Assembly: GCA_024281095.1 (NCBI GenBank)
Contig: JAMXLJ010000115.1
Location: 763-64,762, forward strand
DNA: 64,000 nt
Direction: 5' to 3'
Origin: Acidimicrobiia bacterium
Lineage (GTDB): Bacteria > Actinomycetota > Acidimicrobiia > IMCC26256 > JAMXLJ01
The first letter of the stretch is position 1. Every line of letters begins with the position of its first letter. The translations under genes and the position numbers were made by a program. The notes under the pieces are model-generated. The model made no database searches. It was not told where the DNA came from and saw nothing but the letters and a program-made list of their open reading frames with translations. Of the stretch, positions 53,372 to 61,907 are shown one piece after another.

Positions 53372-55714
53372 ATGACGACGTCGCCACTGCAGACCGCCGG
53401 TCGTTTCGTGGGTCAGTCGGTGAAGCGCAAGGAGGATCCGCGCCTCGTCACGGGTCACGGCCGGTACGTCGACGACGTCACCGTTCCCGGAATGCTCCAC
53501 GCCGCGTTTCTACGCAGCGACGTTGCACGCGGCCGCATCACGCGTCTCGACGTCGCCGCGGCGAGGGAATGCAGCGGCGTGCACGCGGTGCTCACTGCGG
53601 CCGACCTCAACGATCGGCCCGCAGGCCCGATGCTGCCGTCGATGTTCGCCGACGGCAGTCAAGGGATCTCCGCTCCGGTACGTCCGCTCGCGGACGGCGA
53701 CGTGAGGTTCGTCGGTGATCCGATCGCGTTGGTCGTGGCCGACAGCCGTTACGTCGCCGAGGACGCGTGCGAGCTGATCGAGGTCGAGTACGAGCCGCTC
53801 ACCGCGGTCGTCGACTTCGAGCGCGCCGCCGACGACACCGAGAACCTCGTGCACCCGGAGCTCGGCTCGAACATCGCGTCGACCATGGCGACGCCGCCCG
53901 ACGCCGCGCTCGACGAGGCGCTCTCTCGAGCCGCCCACGTCGTCACCGAGACGTTCTACCAGCAGCGTCAGACGCCCACGCCGATGGAGACGCGGGGCAT
54001 CGTCGCGCATTGGGACCCGTACGCGGCCGCGCTGCGGGTGTGGATGTCGAGCCAGAATCCTCACGAGGTCCGCCGTACGTGCGCTCGCATCCTCGGCGTG
54101 GCCGAGAGCCGCGTCCGGGTCGTGCAACAAGACGTCGGCGGCGGCTTCGGCCAGAAGTACTTCATGCCGCGAGACGAGATGACCGTCGTGCTCGCGTCAC
54201 ATCTGCTCGGCCGGCCCGTGAAGTGGATCGAGGACCGGCGCGAGAACCTCCTGTCGTCGAATCATGCCCGCCGCGACCGCGCGACAGTGACGGTCGGCGT
54301 CGACGCCGACGGTCGCATCGTCGGCGCCCGCATCGAACACCTCGAGGATTCGGGTGCGTACGCGAACGGCGGCACCGGCGGCACGGGGATGTTCGTCGCG
54401 ATGATGTTCCCCGGCCCGTACCGCATCCCGCGGCTCGGTTGGTCGACGACCGCGGTGTGGACGAACACGTGTGGCCGCGGCGCGTACCGCGGGCCGTGGA
54501 TGATGGAGACGGTCGCCCGTGAGGAGATGATGGACGTCGTCGCGCGCGCGATCGGTCTCGATCCGCTCGAGTTCCGCCGGCGCAACGTCATCGGCCGCGA
54601 CGAGCTGCCCTACGCAACCGCTTCGGGAATGGTCTACGAGCACGTGTCGCCGAGCGAGACGCTCGAACAGGCCGCGTCGTTGATCGACTACGACGGGTTC
54701 CGCAGCCGTCAAGCCGAAGCGCGCGCCAACGGGCGGTACCTCGGCGTCGGTCTCGGTTTGTACATCGAGCCGCAGGCCGGCATGGGTGCGCTGGGTGTCG
54801 AGGCTGCGAACGTGCGGGTCGAGCCCGACGGCACGGTGAACGTGTTCGTCGGGTCGGGTTCGCACGGGCAGAGCCTCGAGACGACGGTCGCGCAGGTCGT
54901 GGCGGAGCACTTGGGCGTCGACATCGACGCCGTGGCGGTGCACCAGGGCGACACCGACGTCGCGCCGTTCGGCGGCGGCACCGGCGGCAGCCGCAGCGGG
55001 CCGATCCTCAGCCCCGCCGCGCGCCAGGCCGCTCTCGAAGTCCGCGACAAGGCGATCCGGATCGCAGCGCATCTCATGGAGGCTGCACCCGACGACCTGG
55101 AGATCGACGGCGGTGTCATCAGCGTGAGAGGCACACCCGCCCGTTCGACGACGCTGGCTCAGGTCGCAACCACCGCGTACCAACAGTCGGACCTGTTGCC
55201 TCCCGGCATGGAGCCCGGCCTCGAGGTGATCTCGCGTTACAAGGCGCCCCCGGTCATGTACTCGAACGCGTGTCACGCGTGCACGTGCGAGGTCGACGCC
55301 GCAACGGGGCATGTCACCCTGACGCGCTACGTCGTCAGCGAGGACTGTGGCGTGATGATCAACCCGATGGTCGTCGAGGGTCAGATCGCCGGGGGCGTAG
55401 TCCAGGGAATCGGCGGCGTGCTGTACGAGCAGATCGTGTACGACGACGAGGGCAACCCGCTCACGACGACCTTCCTCGACTATCTCGTGCCGACGGCCGC
55501 CGAGGTGCCGGTGATCGAGTACGGACACGTCGAGACGCCGGCGGCGACACCCGGGGGCTACAAGGGCATGGGCGAGGGCGGTGCGATCGGGTCGGTGCCC
55601 GCCGTGTTCAACGCCGTCGCCGACGCGCTCGCGCCATTGGGCGCGCGCGTGAACCGGCTGCCACTCGGCCCGTCCGAGGTCCTCGCCGCCATCGAGGCCG
55701 CGCCGGCTCGCTGA
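53372..55714 (+). CDS. Molybdopterin-binding large (CoxL/CutL-like) subunit of a xanthine-dehydrogenase-family hydroxylase
   Basis: ORF 53372..55714 (780 aa). Motifs: RLVTGHGRYVDD...QQRQTPTPMETRG...VGGGFGQK...GAYRGPW...GMGEGGAIG. Confidence 0.9.
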   Translation: MTTSPLQTAGRFVGQSVKRKEDPRLVTGHGRYVDDVTVPGMLHAAFLRSDVARGRITRLDVAAARECSGVHAVLTAADLNDRPAGPMLPSMFADGSQGISAPVRPLADGDVRFVGDPIALVVADSRYVAEDACELIEVEYEPLTAVVDFERAADDTENLVHPELGSNIASTMATPPDAALDEALSRAAHVVTETFYQQRQTPTPMETRGIVAHWDPYAAALRVWMSSQNPHEVRRTCARILGVAESRVRVVQQDVGGGFGQKYFMPRDEMTVVLASHLLGRPVKWIEDRRENLLSSNHARRDRATVTVGVDADGRIVGARIEHLEDSGAYANGGTGGTGMFVAMMFPGPYRIPRLGWSTTAVWTNTCGRGAYRGPWMMETVAREEMMDVVARAIGLDPLEFRRRNVIGRDELPYATASGMVYEHVSPSETLEQAASLIDYDGFRSRQAEARANGRYLGVGLGLYIEPQAGMGALGVEAANVRVEPDGTVNVFVGSGSHGQSLETTVAQVVAEHLGVDIDAVAVHQGDTDVAPFGGGTGGSRSGPILSPAARQAALEVRDKAIRIAAHLMEAAPDDLEIDGGVISVRGTPARSTTLAQVATTAYQQSDLLPPGMEPGLEVISRYKAPPVMYSNACHACTCEVDAATGHVTLTRYVVSEDCGVMINPMVVEGQIAGGVVQGIGGVLYEQIVYDDEGNPLTTTFLDYLVPTAAEVPVIEYGHVETPAATPGGYKGMGEGGAIGSVPAVFNAVADALAPLGARVNRLPLGPSEVLAAIEAAPAR

Positions 55715-55842
55715 GTCGAGCGCCGCGCCGTGTTCAGCGCAGCGTCAGGTCGCAGATGCGAACGTTCGCGGATTCGCGGCTGCGGCCCGGTTTGCCCCGG
55801 GGCAGCGCCCCGCCGGGCTGCGGCCGCGTCATTCGATGCCGC

Positions 55843-57561
55843 TCAGTCCGGCACTTCCTCGAACAGCTGCTCGCCCCGGCGCAGGCGCGCTGCGATGCGC
55901 ACCACCTGTGGCAATTCGCGCCGCGTCGGCGTGTGCGCAGCAAGGAAGCGAGCCGCGCCCGCGAGGATCAATGCGCCTTCGTCCGAGCCGGCCGCCCACG
56001 CCCGTGACTGGCGTACCGCGGCCTCGACCGTCTGGAACCAGTGGAACTCGGCATCCTCGGCCAGCAGGGCGTGCGCGAGCGCGGCAACGGCTCGCGCCGG
56101 GTCGCCACCACCCCGCACGTGGCCGTACACGATGGCGCCGGCGCGGTCGACCGCACCCTGCACGTCCCAGCATGCGGCGAGGTGGTCGAGGCTGTCTGCG
56201 GTCGCGTCAGGCAAACGCGCGGCGGGAACGTTGAGGAACCGATCCAGGTAGACCTTCAGCGCGCACTGTGCGACGCCGCGCAGGAGATCGCGCGTCGGTG
56301 CCCGCACGAGCGACTGGTGCAGCGCGTTCGCCGCAGTGAACCCGTGGTGCACGACGTCCCAGTCGCCGTGGTCGTTCTGCACATGGAACCGAACGAGACG
56401 CAACGCAGCCGCGAATGCAACCGCCCGGCCGAGTTGTTCCGGCGTCGCTCCTTGGCGTATCGCGTCGCGTAACCCGTCGACGACGGCAAGCGGATCGTCG
56501 TCGAGCAGCAACCGACCGAGCCGTCCCACGCGGTCGTCGTCCCACGGAGAAGCGTCGCGGCCCTTCTCGCAAAGATCGTCGAGTTCGTCGTCGAAGTCGG
56601 ACAGCAGCGCGACGAGGTCATGCGGATGACGCCACTCCCCGTGCTCTTCGGCCCGGTCCGCGCGCACGGTCTGGGCAACCAACGTGGGCAGGACGTGCAC
56701 GGCCGACGCCCAACCGACATGGTCGAGCGCCTCGAACGCCTTGTTGTGGAAGTCGATCGTATGGCCGCCATCGAGGAACACGTGATCCGTGACCGCGGCC
56801 ATCATGGTCGCGGCGACGTCTCGCGCCGGCACGCCGTCGGTGATCAACGTCACGAGCGTGCGCTCCGCCGCGTCGGCGGACCGGGTGTCGACGAAACGTC
56901 GATACCACTCGCTCAGGCGGGCCAGCGGGGTGTCGCCGGAGAGCGGGGCGAGGCCGAACCGCGGCGGATGGTTGCGCGTGTCTCGCGAGACGAATGCCAG
57001 GCCGTGGACCAACGCGAGCGGTCGGTCGGCCGGATCGAGGTGTTCGAGGAGGTTTGCCATCGCGACGAGTACCGTCAGCCCCGCCCCCCAGCCCTCGCGG
57101 CGGTACGTCGTGCCGAACGCGATTCCCGTGCGGACGACGTCGGCCGCGTCGACGCCTCCATCGAGCAGACCGAGCACCGACTTGGCGGTGACGAGCGTGA
57201 GGCCCTGCTCCAAGCCGTCACGCAGACGCGACTGCAGGTGCTCGTGACGCTCGACCTCCGGCTCCACGACGACGGAGACGGTGCCGTCCGCGACTTCGAC
57301 CGGATACGCGCGCACGTCGTCCGCGAACGGGTCGAGGGTGCCGCCGGTCGCGAGATCGAAGCGCGCGTGATGCCAGTGGCACGTCAGCAGACCCTGCTGC
57401 ACAGTGCCGCGGTGCAGCGGGAACCCCATGTGCGGGCACCGGTCGTCCACGGCGTAGAAGCGTCCCTCGTGCCAGACGACGCACACGCCGTGGGCTCCGG
57501 CCTTCACGACGGTGCAGCCGGCCCGGCGCACCTCGTCGACGCTCCCGACGCGCACCTTCAC
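55843..57561 (-). CDS. Rieske [2Fe-2S] domain fused to a ~470-aa alpha-helical domain of unknown function
   Basis: ORF 55843..57561. It has the Rieske ligand motifs CPHMGFPL and CHWHHARF within the first 70 aa. The remainder is helix-rich and I recognise no motif in it. Confidence 0.8.
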   Translation of the reverse strand: MKVRVGSVDEVRRAGCTVVKAGAHGVCVVWHEGRFYAVDDRCPHMGFPLHRGTVQQGLLTCHWHHARFDLATGGTLDPFADDVRAYPVEVADGTVSVVVEPEVERHEHLQSRLRDGLEQGLTLVTAKSVLGLLDGGVDAADVVRTGIAFGTTYRREGWGAGLTVLVAMANLLEHLDPADRPLALVHGLAFVSRDTRNHPPRFGLAPLSGDTPLARLSEWYRRFVDTRSADAAERTLVTLITDGVPARDVAATMMAAVTDHVFLDGGHTIDFHNKAFEALDHVGWASAVHVLPTLVAQTVRADRAEEHGEWRHPHDLVALLSDFDDELDDLCEKGRDASPWDDDRVGRLGRLLLDDDPLAVVDGLRDAIRQGATPEQLGRAVAFAAALRLVRFHVQNDHGDWDVVHHGFTAANALHQSLVRAPTRDLLRGVAQCALKVYLDRFLNVPAARLPDATADSLDHLAACWDVQGAVDRAGAIVYGHVRGGGDPARAVAALAHALLAEDAEFHWFQTVEAAVRQSRAWAAGSDEGALILAGAARFLAAHTPTRRELPQVVRIAARLRRGEQLFEEVPD

Positions 57562-57667
57562 GCCGCGATCCTCGCGCCGCCACGGGGAGTGAGTGGAAAG
57601 TTACATGCTTGTCATTCAACTCGGGTATCGTGAACGCGCCCCAGCCGGCGGAGGGCGGGAGGTCACC

Positions 57668-58549
57668 GTGTTCCATCGTCAGGCCCAGCAGGAACTCGAG
57701 CTCGAACCGCTCGAGCCGCACCTCCAGGCGGAGCTCGACCGGTACTACTGGGAGAGCGACGAGCCGGCCGAGATGCTCGCCGCCCGGTTCGACATCGAGC
57801 TGCCGCCCGGCAACGGCCCGCGACGCGTTCCCGCCGGCACGCGGCTCGCGGAGTACGTCACGCCGCTCGACGCTCCCGGCGCCTGCACTCGCTGTGGAAC
57901 CCAGCTCGTCTTCCTCTCTCGTGCCGATCGCCGCGACGACCGCCGATCCTGCATGTTCTGTGGGCACTCGGAGCCCGAGGCCACGTGCAACTGCGATCGC
58001 TGCACTACCGAACGTGCCGAACGTGCCGCCTCGCGGCACCACTTCTGGCGTCAGCGCCTGTGCAAGACCGACTTCGCACGGTTCGCGGTCGACGACCTCG
58101 ACCCCGAGGCGGCGTCGCTCTACTGGGCCTTGTGTTACCTGACCGCCCGCGACGACCGGCCGGTGTCGTGGGAAGACGCCCGCACACTGTCGGGCGTGCG
58201 CTCACTCGACGCGCCCGCCGAGCGGCTCGTGCGGTCGCACCTCGTGTTCCTGCGCGACGGCCGCTTCGAGCTGAATCCGCTCACGCCGGCCGCGATGCGC
58301 GGCACGCGCGGCGAGGATGCCGCCTGGAGACCGTATGCCGCGGCTGTGCAGCACGGACGCGGCAACGACGACGAGCTGTTGCAGCTTCTCGAGTACCTCG
58401 TCCCCGACATCCGGACGCTGCTCGCCGGCGCCGACGATCGCGCCCTCGAGGCCGCCCTCGATCACGCGATGATGGCCCACCCCGACCTCGCCACGCGCGC
58501 TGTCCGCGAGGCGACCCGCCGCTACGCAGCCGAGGCGAGGCGGGCCTGA
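57668..58549 (+). CDS. Hypothetical Cys-rich (zinc-ribbon-like) protein
   Basis: ORF 57593..58549. GTG at 57668 is preceded by GGGAGG. It has the Cys cluster CTRCGTQLVF-x14-CMFCGHSEPEATCNCDRC. The rest is helical. I recognise no family. Confidence 0.55.
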   Translation: MFHRQAQQELELEPLEPHLQAELDRYYWESDEPAEMLAARFDIELPPGNGPRRVPAGTRLAEYVTPLDAPGACTRCGTQLVFLSRADRRDDRRSCMFCGHSEPEATCNCDRCTTERAERAASRHHFWRQRLCKTDFARFAVDDLDPEAASLYWALCYLTARDDRPVSWEDARTLSGVRSLDAPAERLVRSHLVFLRDGRFELNPLTPAAMRGTRGEDAAWRPYAAAVQHGRGNDDELLQLLEYLVPDIRTLLAGADDRALEAALDHAMMAHPDLATRAVREATRRYAAEARRA

Positions 58550-58624
58550 TCGGCGCCGTCCCCGGAGGGGTTCCGCGCGCGCGACGCTGGAGTGCACACA
58601 GCCGGCACGGTCGCGGGAGGCGCA

Positions 58625-58867
58625 ATGGACGACCCCGAGGTCCTCAACCGCATCGGGACCCTCGTGGAACAGGAGCGGGAGCTGCGCGAGCGCCACGGCG
58701 CCGAAGGCCTCACCGAGGCCGAGCTCGATCGTCTTCACGGTCTCGAGGAAGCGCTCGACCAGTGCTGGGATCTCCTTCGCCAGCGACGCGCGCGCCGCGA
58801 GTTCGGCGAAGACCCGTCCGGCGCGAAGCCTCGTGACGTCGACACGGTGGAGCAGTACGAGCAGTAG
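58625..58867 (+). CDS. DUF2630 family small protein
   Basis: ORF 58592..58867. ATG at 58625 is preceded by GGGAGG. It reads MDDPEVLNRIGTLVEQERELRERH...LDQCWDLLRQRRARREFGEDP, matching the conserved actinobacterial DUF2630 pattern as I recall it. Confidence 0.8.
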   Translation: MDDPEVLNRIGTLVEQERELRERHGAEGLTEAELDRLHGLEEALDQCWDLLRQRRARREFGEDPSGAKPRDVDTVEQYEQ

Positions 58868-58870
58868 CGC

Positions 58871-59073
58871 GGCGGGTGACGTTGTTTGCCGCGAGTTTGT
58901 TGTTTCGTCGCCCGTCGATCCTCGACGCTGATGGTGCGACGTGCCCGAGGGCTGCGTCGCACCTCCCCTGATCCTCCCCCAGCGACAGGGGCCAGCGACC
59001 CACGGGTGGTGGGCTCCGGGGCAGCACCACGGCTCTCCCGGGTCGGACGAGCACCGCCTGCCACCCGTGGTCG
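58871..59073. other. Hairpin-rich non-coding region (candidate structured RNA or terminator cluster; class unknown)
   Basis: This is the largest gap without a credible ORF (58868-59169). Stems read from the sequence: GGCGGGTGACG/CGTCGCCCGTC (58871-58916, U-rich 24-nt loop); GGTGCGACG/CGTCGCACC (58933-58963); CCCCTG/CAGGGG (58966-58991, C-rich loop); CCACGGGTGG/CCACCCGTGG (about 59000-59070). Confidence 0.25.
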
Positions 59074-59169
59074 CACCATGCGTGCTCGCGCGACGCCGGA
59101 TTTCGGCGCGGTCGCGTCCGAGCGAACGATCGGTGAACTCCACCAGGCTGGCCCGCGCGTCTCGGCGGG

Positions 59170-59511
59170 GTGCGGCGTAGCGTGCCACGCGTGTTGCGAT
59201 GGCTCGTGAGCCGCGGATGGCACGGATGGGCGCTGCTGGCGATCCTCGTCATCGTGTTCGACGTGGCGGCGACCGCGCTCGGCGGCGAGACGATGACGTA
59301 CGCGTTGCGGCGATGGCTGCGGCACACGCCGGCCGCCTGGCTCGCGGTGCCGTTGTTCGTCTACCTCATTGCCCATATGACGATCATGCCGTTGCGCTTC
59401 GACCCGCTGCAGCGCACGTACACCTGGCTCTACAACAAGACGCACCAGCTGAAGCCCGCGCCCACGCCCGCGCCCGCTCCTCCCGTCGAGTATCAGCACG
59501 GGAACGGGTGA
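59170..59511 (+). CDS. Hypothetical small two-helix membrane protein
   Basis: ORF 59170..59511 with a GTG start. It has two hydrophobic helices (WALLAILVIVFDVAATAL and AWLAVPLFVYLIAHMTI) flanking GGETMTYALRRWL, and a Pro/Ala-rich tail. It is convergent with the pstS-like gene. Coding status is moderate. Confidence 0.45.
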   Translation: MRRSVPRVLRWLVSRGWHGWALLAILVIVFDVAATALGGETMTYALRRWLRHTPAAWLAVPLFVYLIAHMTIMPLRFDPLQRTYTWLYNKTHQLKPAPTPAPAPPVEYQHGNG

Positions 59512-59530
59512 CGTGTCGTAGCGAGGGCCT

Positions 59531-61057
59531 CTAGCTGCGGCGGCGAACCAAGCTGAAGATCGCAGGTGGCAGGAAGATCGCGAGCAGCACGACGATCGCC
59601 ACGGCGACGTAGATGGCGAGCGGCACCGAGTTCGAGCGGCCGTTCGTGTTCACCGCCACGGAGGATGCCAGCGACGCCTGGCGTGCAGTTCCTGACGCGT
59701 CGCCGCTCGCGTACGGATCGTTCGACGGGTCGGCCGCGGGTACGGCCTGCGAGCCTCCCGCCGCGGTGGCGCCGCCGGCGCCGATGCTGCCGCCGGACCC
59801 GCCCGGAGACGCCGATGATGCACGCTGCCTCGCGGCCGCCGGCGGGATGCTGTTGATGTCGAAACCGAACTGCCCCGTGACCGCCGGGTTCGGACAGTTC
59901 GCCGCGGTCGCCGGGCCGGCCGGGGGTTGAGGCGCACCGGGTATCAGGCTCTCGGCGTCCCAGCCGAACCGCACGAGGTTGGGCGGCAGCGGTGAGTAGC
60001 CCAGCGCCTTCGCCTTCTGCTGGCCGGTGCAGAGGAAGTACAGGATGAACTGACCGAGCGTGTTGCCCTTGTCGGTCGTCATGGGAGCTGCGGTCGACGT
60101 CGGCACGATCATGTAGCTGTAGCTCGACACCGGATACGCGCTGGGCAGCGGGTTGGTGTACACGTCGTCGAGCACCTGCGTCCGATCGGGATTGAGGCGC
60201 GCCTTGGTGAGAGCGATGGCGACGTTCTCCGCGGTGGGCTGCACGTAGTACCCGGCCTGGTTGCGCACCGACACGACCGGGAAGCTGCGCTCCAGTGCGT
60301 AGCCGTACTCGACGTAGGTGATCGCGCCGTTGTTGTACGGGGCCGCGACGAAGTCCGCGACACCGTCGGAGCCGGACTGGGCCTGGCTCCCCGGGAAGTA
60401 AGGCCACAAGGACGTGAGGTCGCAGGGCGCAGGCAGGTTCATCTGCTGGCAGAACGGACCCCAGACGTCGGGGAACATCTTCGAGATGTACCGCGAGAAC
60501 TGGGCCGACGTGCCCGAGCCGTCGGAACGCACGATCGGCAGGATCGGGATCGATGGGAACTTGCGACCGTCGTCCGCGGTGATGGCGGGATCGTTCCAGT
60601 TCTTGATCCCACCCGTGAAGATCCTTGCCACCGTCTTGCCCGACAGATGCAGGTCGGTGATCCGCGAGCCGTTGACGTCGAGGTGGTACATGAACGACGT
60701 GCCGCCCGCGACGATCGGCATGTACGCGTACGGGCGCTTGGCTGCCGCGGCGATCTCGTCGTACAGCTTCTGGCCGGTGCGGTCGTAGCTCGCGGGCTGG
60801 AACGGGATCTCCGAGACGGCGAAGTCCACCTGATTCTGGATGTAGAACTGGCGTCCGGCCGACGAGCCGGATCCCTGGTAGAGAACCGAGATCCCGTTCT
60901 TCGCGACGTCGGCGCGCCACTGGTCGACCGCGATCTGACTCCAAGTCGAGCCTGCCCCCACGACCTGTCCGGATGCTCCCGCCGGCACCGCACCCCCGAA
61001 CAGGGCCGCCGACGTGACGAACGCGGAAGCGAGGACGGCGGCTGCAAGTCGTCGCAT
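59531..61057 (-). CDS. pstS: PstS-family phosphate-binding protein paralogue with a C-terminal Gly/Ser/Ala-rich linker and TM anchor
   Basis: ORF 59531..61090. ATG at 61057 is preceded by GGAGGATC. After a signal peptide (no lipobox Cys) come GAGSTWSQIAVDQW...YQGSGSSAGRQ...VRSDGSGTSAQFS...ITYVEYGYA, the PstS pattern. The tail has ...SASPGGSGGSIGAGGATAAGGS... and the terminal helix VPLAIYVAVAIVVLLAIFLPPAIFSLV followed by RRRS. Confidence 0.85.
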   Translation of the reverse strand: MRRLAAAVLASAFVTSAALFGGAVPAGASGQVVGAGSTWSQIAVDQWRADVAKNGISVLYQGSGSSAGRQFYIQNQVDFAVSEIPFQPASYDRTGQKLYDEIAAAAKRPYAYMPIVAGGTSFMYHLDVNGSRITDLHLSGKTVARIFTGGIKNWNDPAITADDGRKFPSIPILPIVRSDGSGTSAQFSRYISKMFPDVWGPFCQQMNLPAPCDLTSLWPYFPGSQAQSGSDGVADFVAAPYNNGAITYVEYGYALERSFPVVSVRNQAGYYVQPTAENVAIALTKARLNPDRTQVLDDVYTNPLPSAYPVSSYSYMIVPTSTAAPMTTDKGNTLGQFILYFLCTGQQKAKALGYSPLPPNLVRFGWDAESLIPGAPQPPAGPATAANCPNPAVTGQFGFDINSIPPAAARQRASSASPGGSGGSIGAGGATAAGGSQAVPAADPSNDPYASGDASGTARQASLASSVAVNTNGRSNSVPLAIYVAVAIVVLLAIFLPPAIFSLVRRRS

Positions 61058-61073
61058 TGAGATCCTCCGCTCG

Positions 61074-61907
61074 TTAACCGAAACGGCCATGTACGTAGTC
61101 GCGCGTGCGCGGGTCCTCGGGCTCCGAGAACATCTGCTCCGTGGGCCCGGACTCCACGATGTAGCCCGGGGTGTCGTGGGTCGCGAGGAAGAACGCGCAC
61201 TGCTGTGACACGCGCTGAGCCTGTTGCATGTTGTGCGTGACGATCACGATGGTCACGTCGTGGGCGATGTGGGCCATCGTCTCCTCGATGACGCCCGTCG
61301 ACGTCGGGTCGAGCGCCGAGCACGGCTCGTCCATCAGCAACACCCGTGGTTCGACTGCGAGCGCCCGCGCGATACAGAGCCGCTGCTGCTGTCCGCCCGA
61401 CAGCGCGCCGCCCGGCTCCGACAGCCGTCGCCGCACCTCGTTCCACAGGCCGGCGCGCTCCAGACTCTGCTGCACTACCGCATGCGCGCTGCGCCCGTGA
61501 AGACGTGTGCCCGAGAGACGGAGGCCGGAGAGCACGTTGTCGGCGATGCTCATGGCGGGGAAGGGGTTGGGCTTCTGGAACACCATGCCGATCTGGCGCC
61601 GGATGTCCGTGACCGGCTTGGGTCCGCGGTAGATGTCCTCGCCGTCGAGCAGCACCGTGCCGGCGAGCGAGGCGCTCGGCACCAGCTCGTGCATCCGGTT
61701 GAGGATGCGCAGGAACGTCGACTTGCCGCACCCTGAGGGTCCGATGAGCGCGGTGACCTGGTGCGCGCTGATGTCGAGCGACACGCGCTCGAGCACCTTG
61801 TGGTTCCCGAACCATGCGCTCACATTGTGAGCCCGCATGCTCGCCGGCGATCGTGTCAGGTCGATCACCTGTGCGCCGTCGTCCCAGTTGCCGGTGATGG
61901 TCGTCAC
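61074..61907 (-). CDS. pstB: Phosphate ABC transporter ATP-binding protein
   Basis: ORF 61074..62039. GTG at 61907 overlaps the pstA stop (GTGA). Motifs: ALIGPSGCGKSTFLR, GMVFQKPNPFPAMSIADNV, LSGGQQQRLCIARALA, LLMDEPCSALDP, IVTHNMQQAQRVS. Confidence 0.92.
   Translation of the reverse strand: MTTITGNWDDGAQVIDLTRSPASMRAHNVSAWFGNHKVLERVSLDISAHQVTALIGPSGCGKSTFLRILNRMHELVPSASLAGTVLLDGEDIYRGPKPVTDIRRQIGMVFQKPNPFPAMSIADNVLSGLRLSGTRLHGRSAHAVVQQSLERAGLWNEVRRRLSEPGGALSGGQQQRLCIARALAVEPRVLLMDEPCSALDPTSTGVIEETMAHIAHDVTIVIVTHNMQQAQRVSQQCAFFLATHDTPGYIVESGPTEQMFSEPEDPRTRDYVHGRFG

Noticed and set aside
53372-55714. Calling the molybdo-hydroxylase a bona fide carbon-monoxide dehydrogenase (coxL).
   Set aside because: The form I active-site signature is absent (the loop reads GAYRGPW) and no cox accessory genes follow. 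Only the family-level call is justified.
58964-58995. Assigning the C-rich loops (CUCCCCUGAUCCUCCCCCA) to the actinobacterial 6C RNA motif.
   Set aside because: As I recall it, 6C has two hairpins whose loops each carry runs of six or more C. Here there is only one C-rich loop, with a run of five. I cannot support the family call without a covariance-model search.
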